Assembly: GCA_964016885.1 (NCBI GenBank)
Contig: OZ024742.1
Location: 327,050,001-327,114,000 of the forward strand
Source of the DNA: Eledone cirrhosa
Lineage: Eukaryota
DNA: 64,000 nucleotides
Direction of reading: 5' to 3'
The first letter of the stretch is position 1. Each line of letters starts with the position of its first letter. A program made the translations under genes and the position numbers. A model generated the notes under the pieces. The model did no database searches, was not told the origin of the DNA, and worked only from the letters and a program-made list of their open reading frames with translations. Below are positions 11,666 to 24,400 of this stretch, piece after piece.

Positions 11666-12247
11666 CAACTGGAAATGATTTGCTGAACTATCGCTTATAA
11701 CTATGGCGTCGCAAATTAGAGATTTAACCTGATAAAACAGGTGTTGAAAGACTGTCAATGATAAGTTTGACAACCGACCTAAGAAGTCTAGTGGTTAGGT
11801 TTCCACGCCTTCACTGCGGCAGTTGGGGTATGAATATCACTTGCTAAAAAAGCTGTGAAAAGATGGCGAGAAGTGGGTGAAATTTTCTTCACATTTCCGT
11901 TGAGAACAAAGTTCAAGAGTACCTGGGTTTGTGGTCGTAGAATTGAGGTTCGCATTAGAAAAGGTGTCGCGATATATGGCATCACAGATGAAATTATAGT
12001 TTACTTGCTAAAGCAGGTAAACTATAATTTCATCTGGGTTATTACCAGCGGCGAGTACGAGAAGAAATACCCCACTGTCACCAAGGGAGGTAAATAGCAA
12101 TCAATAGCACTCCCACTGCCTTTCTATAATACATGTTCGAATTTAGGAAATTTTAATATGATATGTCCATTTCGAAATCATGTTTTCTGGTAAATTTAAA
12201 ACTTAATGAGACTTGATGGAAATAAAACAATAGGAAAAAAAAGATAT

Positions 12248-12319
12248 TTCCCAAGCGGGGAATCGAACCCCGGCCGCCGCGGTGAGAGCGCGGAATCCTA
12301 ACCACCAGACCACTTGGGA
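12248..12319 (-). tRNA. tRNA-Glu(CTC), A14G variant
   Basis: Identical to 574-645. Confidence 0.7.
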
Positions 12320-12651
12320 CAACTGTGTACAAGCGGCTGAACGATAGCTTCTAACTATATTAGTATATGTGAATCGATTTGAATCGATCACTTTAACAAT
12401 TCGACAGAAAAGTTTAAATTCAATCAGCAAACTTGATTTCGAAATAGGCAAAACACCTCAATATATTCTACATTGGAGGATGTAACATTGAAAGGTCATT
12501 TAGTAATAGAATTGACACTATAAACAGCCAGCGACATCTACTACATCAGCCATACCTCCTACGTAGGGTTCCTTTATTAGGAGTGATGTCAAAGTGATTT
12601 ACATTTGCCAATTTAGTTATAAGCCGTTGGTCAGCTTGTCATGTTCAGGTA

Positions 12652-12723
12652 TCCCAAGTAGTCTAGTGGTTAGCATTCCGCACTCTCACCGCGGCGGCCG
12701 GGGTTCGATTCCCCGCTTGGCAA
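12652..12723 (+). pseudogene. tRNA-Glu(CTC) probable pseudogene
   Basis: Single mismatches in the D stem (AGCAT), anticodon stem (CCGCA/CGCGG) and acceptor stem (TTGGCAA). Confidence 0.7.
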
Positions 12724-13273
12724 GCGTCTGTTCTTTTTCTTTTTTTTCTTGTTCTATTTGCATCAAGTCTCCTTGCTCTGCCAACCAGGAATCTATAGAA
12801 CTATATGTTGTTTATTTTAGTACGTTTCAGAAATACATTTATTAAATCATTATGACAGAAGCGGAGACATGGTGAAAGATGTTTGACGGGAATTTATACT
12901 TTATCTGCACTCCGCGGACAAAATGTTGAGATTGTTGTGGTGGCGGTCGGCTGTACCTAGGTATGTGGTCCTGGCGTTGAGGTTCGCATTATATGGCGTT
13001 CCAGATGAAAGACTTAATCTGCTAAAGAAGATAAACTATAGTCCCATCTGAGAGTTTAGCAACAGCGAGCTTGAGTCGAAAGATCCTATTGTCGTTAAGA
13101 GAGGAGAATCGCTATGAGTAACTACCCTGCTGCCTTTCAATAATACATCTTCAAATTTAGAAGATTTTAATATGATATGTCCATTTCGAAACCATGTTTG
13201 CTGGTACATTTAAAACTTAACGGAACTTGATGCAAAAAAAACAATAAGTTAAAAAAAAAAAAAAAAAAATGTA

Positions 13274-13344
13274 TACCCAAGCGAGGAATCGAACCCCGGC
13301 CGCCGCAGTGAGATGCGGGATCCTAACCACTAGACTACTTGGGA
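13274..13344 (-). pseudogene. tRNA-Glu-derived variant, 6-nt loop TCTCAC (slot d)
   Basis: As 3285-3355. Confidence 0.8.
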
Positions 13345-14073
13345 CAACTGGAAATGATTTGCTGAACTATGGCTTATAATTATGGCGTCGCAAATGAGAG
13401 AGTTCACCTGCTAAAACAGGTATTGAAAGTCTGTCAATGGGAAATTTGACAACCGACCTAAGTAGTCTAGTGGTTAGCTTTCCACGCCTTCACTGCGGCA
13501 GTTGGGGTATGAATATCACTTGCTAAATCACTTTTTTTCAATTTTTTTTTGTATTCTTTATATTATAATAAATACATGGTAAGTTTCTTTGCTAACTGAT
13601 GATTATAACTATTTCAGTTAAATAAGTTGTAAAATTTCAAAATGCGTATGTTATAAAAAAGAAAAAAAGCTGGGAAAAGATGGCGAGCAGTTGGTGAGCC
13701 TTTCTCAACATTACCGTTGAGAACAAAGCTCAAGAGTACCTGGGTTTGTGGTCGTAGAGTTGAGGTTCGCAGTGGAAAAAGTGTCGCAGATGAAATACTT
13801 AACCTGCTAAAGCAGGTAAACTGAGAGTTTAGCAGTAGTGACAATCGAGACAGTCGAGACAGAATATCCTCCTGCCGTTAAGGTAGGAGAATCGTTAGGG
13901 TTCCGCGCTCTCACCCCGGCGCCCGGGGTTCGAAATCTCGTTTTGATAATGTCTCTTTTTTTTCTCTTATTTTTTAACTTGCATCAAGTCTCATTGCTCT
14001 ACCAACTAGGATTATATAGAACTATATATTATTTATTTTAGTACAAATATTCAAAAGTACATTTATTATATCA

Positions 14074-14600
14074 CTAGCAGTGTATCCCGGCGTTGCACGG
14101 GTAAGAACATCGGTAATAGCACCTCCAATAAGAAACGTTTATTTGTGAGTGCCTGTTAAAAACTCACGAAAATATACCGACAGGAACCTTGTTTTATTTG
14201 GAGAAAATTAAGAAGTTGAAAGTACAGTTTAGCTGTCTACGTGCATTGTTCATAGAAATATTCTTGAGCCCCTTCTTTTCATACTCCTCTGTTTTGGCCT
14301 ATTGGAGTAAATGTGAAAGAGAAAGTCACAGGTTAAGTTGGCAGAAGGTTCCAGTGCAAAAGCAATAAGGCGTAGGCTATTTACCTCAAAAGTTATTTCG
14401 CACTCTTTCCACTAAGTTACTCTTTCTCTCTATCCCTCTCGGTGCAGTCCCTTGCGAACTTCTCGCGTACGCCTGGTGTAGATTTGCACCCAATCCATCT
14501 GCCCGATGCACATGTCCACTTTGTACGGCTTTTAGAGAAAGGAGTGACCAGCAGTACGTTGTTCGATATTATTACGAAAAGGTGTAGCAGAGAATCCCGC
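14074..14600 (-). mobile_element. Helitron 3' terminal fragment (5' end not found; right boundary approximate)
   Basis: Minus strand ends CCCG-TGCAACGC-CGGG hairpin + ATACACTG + CTAG|T. The sequence is unrelated to the tRNA modules and interrupts the module motif ...TATATCA|TTATGAC at an AT. Confidence 0.65.
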
Positions 14601-14719
14601 GTGAACTACTACATCTGCCATACCTCCTACGTAGGGTTCCTTCATTAGAAGTGATATCAAAGTGACTCACTTTTGCCAATTTAGTTATAAGCGGTTGTTC
14701 AGCACTTCATATTCAGGTA

Positions 14720-14791
14720 TCCCAAGTAGTCTAGTGGTTAGGATTCCGCGCTCTCACCGCGGCGGCCGGGGTTCGATTCCCCGCTTGGGAA
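14720..14791 (+). tRNA. tRNA-Glu(CTC), canonical
   Basis: Complete cloverleaf identical to 2664-2735, followed by a long T run. Confidence 0.92.
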
Positions 14792-15334
14792 ACGGGTCTT
14801 TTTTTTTTTTTTTTCTTTCTATTGCTTTATTTGCATCAAGTCTCGTTGTCCTACCAACTACGATTATATATAGAACTATATATTATTTATTTCAGTACAT
14901 TTCAAATGTTCAGAAATACATTTATTAAATCATTGTGACAGATGGGAAAAAATGGTGAAAGATGTTTCACGGGAATTTATGTTTTAGCTGCACTCCGCTG
15001 ACAAGATGTTGAGATTGTTGTGGTGGCGGTCGGCTGTACCTAGGTATGTGGTCCTGGCGTTGAGGTTCGCATTATATGGCGTTCCAGATGAAAGACTTAA
15101 TCTGCTAAAGAAGATAAACTGAGATTTTAGCCACAACGAGCTTGAGTCGAAAGATCCTATTGTCGTTAAGAGAGGAGAATCGCTATGAGTAACTACCCTG
15201 CTGCCTTTCAATAATACATTTACCCATTTAGAAAATATTAATATGACATGTGCATTTCGAAACCATGTTTGTTGGTAGATTTACAACTTAACGGGACCTG
15301 AGGCAAAGAAAACAATAACAAAAAAATAAAGGTA

Positions 15335-15405
15335 TACCCAAGTGAGGAATCGAACCCCGGTCGCCGCAGTGAGCTGCGGGAACCTAACCACTAGACTACT
15401 TTGGA
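15335..15405 (-). pseudogene. Slot-d type tRNA-Glu derivative, 6-nt loop GCTCAC (duplicate at 29203-29273)
   Basis: CCGCA-GCTCAC-TGCGG; additional D-stem, T-stem and acceptor mismatches. Confidence 0.75.
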
Positions 15406-18400
15406 AAACTGGGGACGACTTGCTGAACAATTGCTTATAACTACATTAGAAAATGTGAATCGATTTTGCAATTCGACAAAAAAGTTTAAAATCAATCAGC
15501 GCACTTCATTTCGAAATAACAAAACACCTCAAAATGTTCTACATTGGAGGATTTATCATTGACAGGTCATTTAGTAATAGTACACCACTCTTTATGGCAG
15601 TCGGCGCTACCTGGGTTTGATGTCCAAACCATGAATTTGACACTGGAGAGTGTGTCGCAATGTATGACATCCCAGATGAGATATGTAACATGTTAAAACA
15701 ATAAAGTGTTATCCTGTCTGGGCATTGATCACCAGTAAGGTGGACATGTAACACCACCACTCACCAAGAGGGACGTGTGACATTGAGTAGTCTTACCCTC
15801 TACCTTTCACTGATATATCCACGAATTTAGAGAATTTGGAGGTGTTTTGCCTATTTCGGAAGTTTGTTGATAGAATTAAAACTTTTCTGTCGAATTGTCA
15901 AAGTGATACTCATTTACTAATTTAGTAATAAGCTGTTGCTCAGTCTGTCGAAGTCCCGATGTCCCAAGTGGTCTAGTGGTTAGGATTCCGCCTTCTCACC
16001 GCGGCGGCCGGGGTTTGATTCCCCGCTTGCGAAATTGTAAACGTTTTTCTTTTTGTTTTATTTGCATCAAGTCTCCTTAAGTTGCTACGTCAACTAGGAA
16101 TATATAGAGCTATAAATTATTTACTTTATTTCAATACCTTTCAATACATTTACTATATCAAGATGACAAGAGGAAAGAGAGGGGAAGTACAAAGAAATTA
16201 ATGTGAGAGAAATTTGACTGGAAAACACCTTCATTCCTTAGATGATAAAGATGCTAAAGCCCTGGAACAGGCAAACACCCTCACTAGAATCACTAAATGT
16301 TACGAAAATGTACTGCAAACAATGCCAAGAACTTCGTTGACAACGTCCGTGCTCACACACATATCTGAAATGACAGAGGGTGAAATAGCTGGCAATGACA
16401 TACTTGTCGTTCTCAGCTGCTGGCCTCATTGCGAATCATAATTCTGATTTTGCTATGAAGTCAGTTTCTGCTTTCAATCTTGAAACCTTCTCAAAGGATC
16501 TAATCGTTTTGATTGCTCGCAAGATGACAATGGACTTAACACGAAATATAGCCAGCGATACCTACCCCATCAACCACACTACCGAGTCGGAGACCATCAT
16601 CATATATAATGTCCTCATCTCGAATTGGCGGAGGAAAAGAACTGTCACAGGACTAAGAACACGTGAGGCTTCCATGGTGACGGGCATTAAAAATAAATGG
16701 TCTGTCAGTTCCTAACACTTAGTGATCACCCACTCTCTGAGTAGCGGTCGATAGTACCTGGGTTTGTGGTCGTAGATTTGAGGTTCGCATTGGAAACATT
16801 GTCGCAATATATGGTATCCCAGATGAAAGATTTAACCTGCTAAAGCAGGTAAACTTTAATCTCATCTGGGTAATTACCACCAGTGAGTCAGAGAAGAAAC
16901 ACCCCACTCTCACCAAGGGAGGTAAATGACAATGAGTAGCTCTCCCGCTGCCTTTCAATAATATATCTTCAAATTTAGGAAATTTTAATATAATATGTTC
17001 ATTTCGAAATCATGTTTTCTGGTTGATTTAAAACTTAACGAGACTTGATGGAAAGAAAACAATAGGAAAAAAAAAGTATTCCCAAGCGAGGAATCGAACC
17101 CCGGCCGCCGCGGTGAGACTGCGGAATCCTAACCACTAGACTACTTGAAAGAACTGGGTACAAGATGCTGAACGATAGCTTATAACTAAATTAGTAAATG
17201 TAAATCGATTTGAATCGATCACTTTAACAATTCGACAGAAAAGCTTAAATTCAATCAACAAGCTTGATTTCGAAATGGGCAAAACACTTCACAATTTTCT
17301 ACATTGGAGGATGTATCATTGTAAAGCCATTTAGTAATAGAATTGACGCTATAAACAGCCAGCGACATCTACTACATCAGCCATACCTCCTACGTAGGGT
17401 TCCTTCATGAGATGTGATGTCAAAGTGATTCAAATTTGCCAATTTAGTTGTTCAGCTTGTCATGTTCAGGTATCCCAAGTAGTCTAGTGGTTAGGATTCG
17501 GCGCTCTCACCGCGGCGGACAAGATGTTGAGATTATTGTCGTGGCGGTCGGTATTACCTAGGTATGTGGACCTGGTGTTTGGAACTAAGATTACTGATTG
17601 ATTTTAAACTATTCTGTCGAATTGTCAAAGTAGTTCACATTTACTAATTTAGTTATTAGCCATTGTTGAGTTTCTGGCGATCAAGTGGTCTAGTGGTTAG
17701 GATACCGCGCTCTCACCGCGGCCGCCGGGGTTCGATTCCCCGCTTGGGAAATTGCGTACCTTTTTTTTCTCTCGTTGCTTTCTATGCATCAAGTCCCGTT
17801 AAGTTGCTATACCAACTAGGGTTAAGTTGCTATACCAACTAGGGATGTATACAATTCAATTTTTTAAATACATTTACTTTATTAACATGACAATAGGAAA
17901 TAGAAGGGAAGAAGAAATAAATATTATATTAGAGAAATTTAACTGGAAGACACCTTAATAGTATAGGTGATAATGAGGTTAATACGATGGAATAGCCAAG
18001 TACTCTCCCAAGAATCATTAAATATATTAAGAAAATGTACTGCAAACAATGTCAAGAACTTCGTTGACAACATTCCTGCTCACACTTATGTCTCAAATGA
18101 AGGTAACAATGTAGGTAACAATGAGATACTCGTCGTTCTCAACAGAGCGATCTCAGTTCTAATTTTGTTATACGTTGATTTAAATCTTCAGATTCTACAC
18201 AAGTGATCTTGTAGTTACGTTTATACACTCTCAACTGCACTGTCGGAGTTTATTTCCCTCCTTGAGAAATATAGTTTTCTATTCGAGTTTTTCCATTTTT
18301 GTTATATGTTAATCTATGTATGTTAAGTTGTTTTGTTGACTGGTAAAATATGAGAGTACAACAGTTAAATACTTTGTAAAATGAGTATGTAATATCACAA

Positions 18401-21400
18401 TACGAATAAGTAATAGAGTAAAAAATAAAAAAATTGGATGAAAAAATTGAAGACGTAATTGATCAATATATTTCCATTGAGAGTGAGGATGAGATACCAA
18501 AATAATTGACGCTATAAACAGCCAGCGACATCTACTACATCAGCCATACCTACTACGTAGGGCTCCTTCATTAGATGTGATGTGAAAGTGATTCACCTTT
18601 GCCAATTTAGTTATAAACCGTTGTTTAGCATATCGAAGTCAGGTATCCCAAGTAGTCTAGTGGTTAGGATTCCGCGCTCTCATCGCGGCGGCCGTGTTTC
18701 GATTTCCCGCTTGGGAAATATCTTAATATTCATATTCTTTTGCATCAAGTCTCGTTGCTCTACCAACTAGGAATCTAGAGAATTATATATTATTTATTTC
18801 AGTACATTTCAAATTTAAAAAAATACATTTACTATATCATTATGCCTAAAGGGAAAAAAATGGTGAAAGAACTTTGACTGGAATTTATATTTTAGCTGCA
18901 CTCCGCAGACAAGATGTTGAGATTGTTGTCGTGGCGGTCGGTAGTACCTGGGTATGTGGTCCTGGTGTTGAGTTGCGCATTATATGGCGTTCCAGATGAA
19001 AGACTTAACTTGTTAAAGCAGATAAACTGAGAGTTTAGCAACAGCGAGCTTGAGTCGAAAGATCCTATTGTCGTTAAGAGAGGAGAATGTCTTTCAATAA
19101 TACATCTTCAAATTTAGAAAATGTTAATATGATATGTGTATTTCTAAACCATGTTTGCTGGTAGATTTAAAACGCTTGGCAAATAAAAGATAGTTTTCAT
19201 TTTATTTTAATTCTATAAATTCTTGTTAAGTTGCTATGGCAACAAAGAATATATTGAACTCTATCTTATTTATTGTATTTTTATTTATTTCAAATTTTAA
19301 AAATACATTTACTCTATCATTACGACAAAAAGAAAGAAAGAGGGAGGTACATCTCTAGGTATTTATCACTAACAACATCAGCATGATACACGACCTCGTC
19401 ACCAGGAGGGTCGAGTGGAATTGAGTAGTCCTACATCTACCTTTCAGTGATACATCCTCAAATTTAGACAATTTTAAGGTGTTTTGCTTATTATGAAACC
19501 AAGCATGCATCAATTGTCAAAGCAATTCACATTTCCTAACTTATTTATAAGCCATTGTTCAGGTGGTCGAATTCAGTTGTCGTTGTCTAGTGGTTAGGAA
19601 TCCGTGCTCTCACCGCGGCTGCCGGGGTTCGATTCTGCGCTTGGGAAATATACCTTTCTTCTTTTTCGCTATATTTTCACTAATTCCTGGTAATTTGTCC
19701 GGGTGTTGTGGAGTAGGGTGTTAGTTGCAGCGGGTGTCTCTCACCTTTGTCTATGGCAACGCATTTGCCGTTTTGTCCATCTGGCGCGGCTGAGCTATCT
19801 CTGAAACCGGGGTGTAGTACTGCTCCTCACCCCTTCCATTTCTTTCACCGCTTTATCCTACTTTCTTTTTTTCTTTTTCATTTAATTTATCCTCTTCATC
19901 TTCTCTTCCCTTTAGTAGTGTGTTTTGTTTACATTAGACACTGCTCAATTATTTTTAGATAATATCAATAAGGTATCCCAGATACTTAAGCTGCTGAAAC
20001 AAGTAAAGTGTTATACTCTTTGGGTATTTAGCAACACCAATTTTGAGACGAAACACCACCCAATCACCAAGAAAGGTGGAAGTACCGGGTTGCATTCCCC
20101 ATAACTTCCAATAATGCATCATGAAATTCAGAAAACTTTCTTGTGATATGCCTGTGTTTTTCAACTATACATTGCTTAGGTACATAAAGGTTATTTATTT
20201 CCACATGTGATGAAGGGACTAATGCGCAGGAATAGTTAAAACCCTCACAAGAATCACTAAATATTTTAATTAAATATAGTGCAAACAATACCAAGAACTT
20301 CGTTAACAACGTCCCAGCTCACACGTACGTCTCAAATGACAGATGCAGAAATAACTAACACTTGAGATATTCGTCGTTGTCAGCAGCTGGTATCACTGCG
20401 AATCACAATTCTAATTTGGTTATAAAGTTACTTTCTGATTGCAATCTTGTAAACTTCCCAGGGTTTCCTGGTCACACGGTTTGGATTGTGGGCAAGATGG
20501 CAAAGGAATTGACACGAAATATAGCCAGCGATACCTACTACATCAACCACACTACCAAGTCGGAGACCTTCATGAGTCATCATGTCCTCACCTCGAATTA
20601 GCGGAGGAAAAGAACAGTCAGGGGTCTTAGAGCACGTGAGGTTTCCGTGGAGACCAGCATAAAAATAGACTATCAGTTCGTTAATATTTGAGTTCACCCA
20701 AGCGGTCTAGTGATTAGGATTCCATGCTCTCACCGCGCCGGGGTTCGATTCCCCGCTTGCGAAGTGAAAGATTTTTTCATTTTATTTTAATTCTATAAAT
20801 TCTTGTTAAGTTGTTATGCCAATAAGGAATATATTGAACTGTAAGTTATTTATTGTATTTTAATTAATTTCAAATTTTTAAAATACATTACTATATCATT
20901 ACGACAAAAAGAAAGAAAGAGGAAGGTACACCTCTAGGTATTTTCGCAACCAAGGTTGACATGATACACCAACCCGTCACCAAGAGGGTTGTGTGGTATT
21001 GGGTAGTCCTTAACCTACCTTTCAATGATACATCCTCAAATTTAGACAATTTTGAGGTGTTTTGTTTATAACGAAACCCAGCTTCAATTGTCAATGCAAT
21101 TCACATTTCTTAATTTAGTTATAAGCCATTGATCAGGTGTTGCAATTCAGTTGTCCCATGTGGTCTAGTGGTTAGGATTCCACGTTCTCACCGTGGCGGC
21201 CGGGATTCGATTCCCCGCTTGGGAAAATGCATTTCCTTTTCTTATCGTTTTCTTTACATCATGTCGGGTTAAGTTGTTATGCCAACTAGGAATGTATACA
21301 ACTCTAAGTCTGTATTTTACTGTATTTTAATACATTGCAAATTTATTTTAAAAATATATTTAGTATATTATGGCAATAGGAAAGAGAGAGGAAGAAGAAA

Positions 21401-24400
21401 GAAGTATAATGTGATAGAAATTTGACTGGTAGACACCTTAATACCATAGATTGATAATGACGTTAATGTGCTGGAATAACTATGTACTTTCCCAAGAATC
21501 ACTAAATATATTAAGAAAATGCACTACAAGCAATGACAAGAACTTCGTTGTCAACATTCCTGCTCACACTAATGTCTCAAATGACGGAAGGTGAAGTAGC
21601 TAACAATGAGATCCTCGTCGTTATCAGCGGCTCGCGTGGGAGCGAATCACAGTTCTAATTTTGTTATAAGGTGATCTTCGTTTTCCGATCCAGCAAATTT
21701 CTCAAGTTGTCTAGTTGTTACGTTTATGCGCTCTTAACTCTTCGGGTGGAGTTCGTTTCCCTTCTTGAGAAATGATGTTTTGTATTCGAGTTTTTTCCTT
21801 TTTCGTTTTATTTTCACTAATGCATGTAAAGTACAAGACAACAGTAGTTAAACACTTTGTAAATTGTCAAAATGCGTATGCAATATTACAATACAAAAAG
21901 TAATATAGTAAAAGTGGGCGTAAAATATAAAGAAATGGGTTAAGGGTATATTTCAGTTGAGAGTGAGGATCAAGATACCAAAAGAATGCTATAAACAGCC
22001 AGTGATACCTACTACGTAGGGTTCCTTCATTACATGTGATGTCATAGTGATTCAACTTTATTAAATTAGTTATAAGCCGTTGTTCAGCTTCTCGTATTCA
22101 AGTGTCCCAAGTGGTCTAGTGGTTAGGATTCCACGCTCTCACCGCGGCGGCGGGGTTCGATTCCCCGCTTGGGAACATCTTTTTTTTTTTTTTTCCTTAT
22201 TGTTTTCTTTCCATCAAATCTCGTTACATTGCTCTGGCAACTAGATATAATTAGAACTAGAAATTATTTATTGTATTTCAATACCTTTCAAATTTTAAAA
22301 TACATTCAATATATCATTATGGAAAGAGAGGAAGAAGAAAGAAAAAAATGGTGAAATAAGTTTGCCAGGAAATTATATTTTAGCTGCACACCGCAGACAA
22401 GACGTTGAGATTGTTGTCGTGAAGAAGTGACAGCGATACACGTTACACCAGCCATTATACCCACTGGAGACACTCCTTTAAATATGATACGCACTTCTCA
22501 ATTTGGGAGGAAACCCTACACATCAAGATCTCAGACTGTACATTGTCTGTCAGTATTCATCGAAGTACAAAATCCACCCAACGTCACTATTCACACGAAC
22601 GTCTGAAATAAGGGAGGGTGAAAAAGCTAACAATGAGATTCTGGTAAATTTGACAGGGAGACACCTTATTACCATAGGTAATAATGATAGTAAATCCCTG
22701 GAATAGCCAAACCCCTCCCAAGAATCACTAAATATGTTAAGAAAATGTATTGCAAACAATGCCAAGAACTTCGTTGACAACGTCCTTGCTCACACACATA
22801 TCTGAAATGACAGAGGGTGAAATAGCTGACAATGACATACTTGTCGTTGTCAGGGGCTGGCCTCATTGCGAATCACATTTCTGATTTTATTATAAAGAGA
22901 CTTTCTGCTTTTAATCTTGCAACCTTCCCAAGTAATCTAGTCGTTAGGGTTCCCTGTCGGCCGGATTTGTGTTGCTCGCAAATAGCAAAGGAATTGAGAT
23001 GAACCAGCGATACCTACTACATCAACCACACTACCACGTCGGAGACCTTCATCGGGCATAATGTCCTCACCTCGAATTGGCGGAGAAAAAGAACAGTCAG
23101 GGGACTAAGAAGACGTGAGGCTTCCATGCCGAATGGCATTAAAAATAAATGGTCAATCAGTTCCTAACACTTAGAGATCGCCCGCTCTCTGAGTGGCGGC
23201 CTACAGAACATGGGCGTGTGATCCTAACATTGAGATTCACATTGGGGAAAGTGTCGCAATATATGGCGTTCCAGATGAAAGACTTAACATGCTAAACAGG
23301 TAAACTATAATCCCATCTGGTCATTTAGCAGCAGCGAGCTCGAGACAAAAATTCATATTGTCGTTCAGAGAAGCGAATGGCAATGAGTAGCTCTCCCGCT
23401 GCCTTTCAATAATACATCTTCAAATTTAGGAAATTTTAATATATGTACATTTCGTAATCACGTTAGCTGGTAGATTTAAAACGTAACGAGACTTGATGGA
23501 AAGAAAACAATAAGAAAAGGAAGATATCTCCAAGCAGGGAATCGAACCACGGCTGCCGCGGTGAGAGCGTGGAATCCTAACCACTAGAAAACTTAGGACA
23601 ACTGGGTAGGCGTATCTGAACAATGGCTTATAACTAAATTAGTAAATGTGAATCGATTTGAATCGATCACTTTTACAGTTCGAAAGAACAGTTTAAAATC
23701 AATCAGTAAACTTGATTTCGAAATAGGCAGAACACCTCAATATTTTCTACATTAGAAGATGCATCATTGAAAGGTCATTTAGTAAAAGTCCACCCCTCTG
23801 AGTGGCGGTAGGCAGCACCTGGTTTTCTGGTCCTAACGATGAGATTGGCACCAGAGAAAGTGTCACAATATATGGCATCCTAGATGAGAAACTTAACCTG
23901 CCGAAACAAGTAAAATGTTAACCTGTCTAGGTATTTATCATCACCAAGGTTGACACAAAACACTGCACCGTCACCAAGAGGGAAGGGTGGCTTTGAGTAG
24001 TCCTCCCCTACATTTCAATGATGCTTCCTCAAAAATAAAGAAAACTTTGAATGTAAGTGTGCTGATACATTTTTTTAAATTTTCAGTGGAATTGTTGAAG
24101 AGGATCACATTTACTGATTTAGTTGTAAGCCTTTGTTTAGCACATCTTTTTCGGTTATCCCAAGTAGTCTAGTGGTTAGGTTTCCGCCCCCCCCCCCCCC
24201 AAGCACCGTTGACCTAGGTTCGATTCCTCGCTAAGGAAACAGAGTTTCTTTTTTTCTCGTACTATTTTATTTTCATCAAGGAATATATTGTATTTTAATA
24301 TATTTCAATTTTCTAAAATACATTTACTATAACATTATGACAAAAAGAAAGAGAGGAAGAAGGAAGAAAAATTGTAAAAGAAATTTAACTGCAAGATATA

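Larger units (their letters stand above)
1..13530. repeat. Tandem array (macrosatellite) of ~1.64-1.69 kb tRNA-Glu-bearing monomers; monomer starts ~1, 1688, 3365, 5001, 6675, 8350, 9996, 11675, 13354 (partial)
   Basis: The same sequence (AT(G/T/A)ATTTGCTGAACTAT...) recurs at those positions with near-identical content. The ORF track shows the same spurious peptides recurring at this period. The array runs off the left edge of the window. Confidence 0.97.

Noticed and set aside
1-13530. CRISPR-like or prokaryotic repeat system
   Set aside because: The repeats are kb-scale with homologous spacers and Pol III tRNAs lacking encoded CCA; no cas genes; eukaryotic context.
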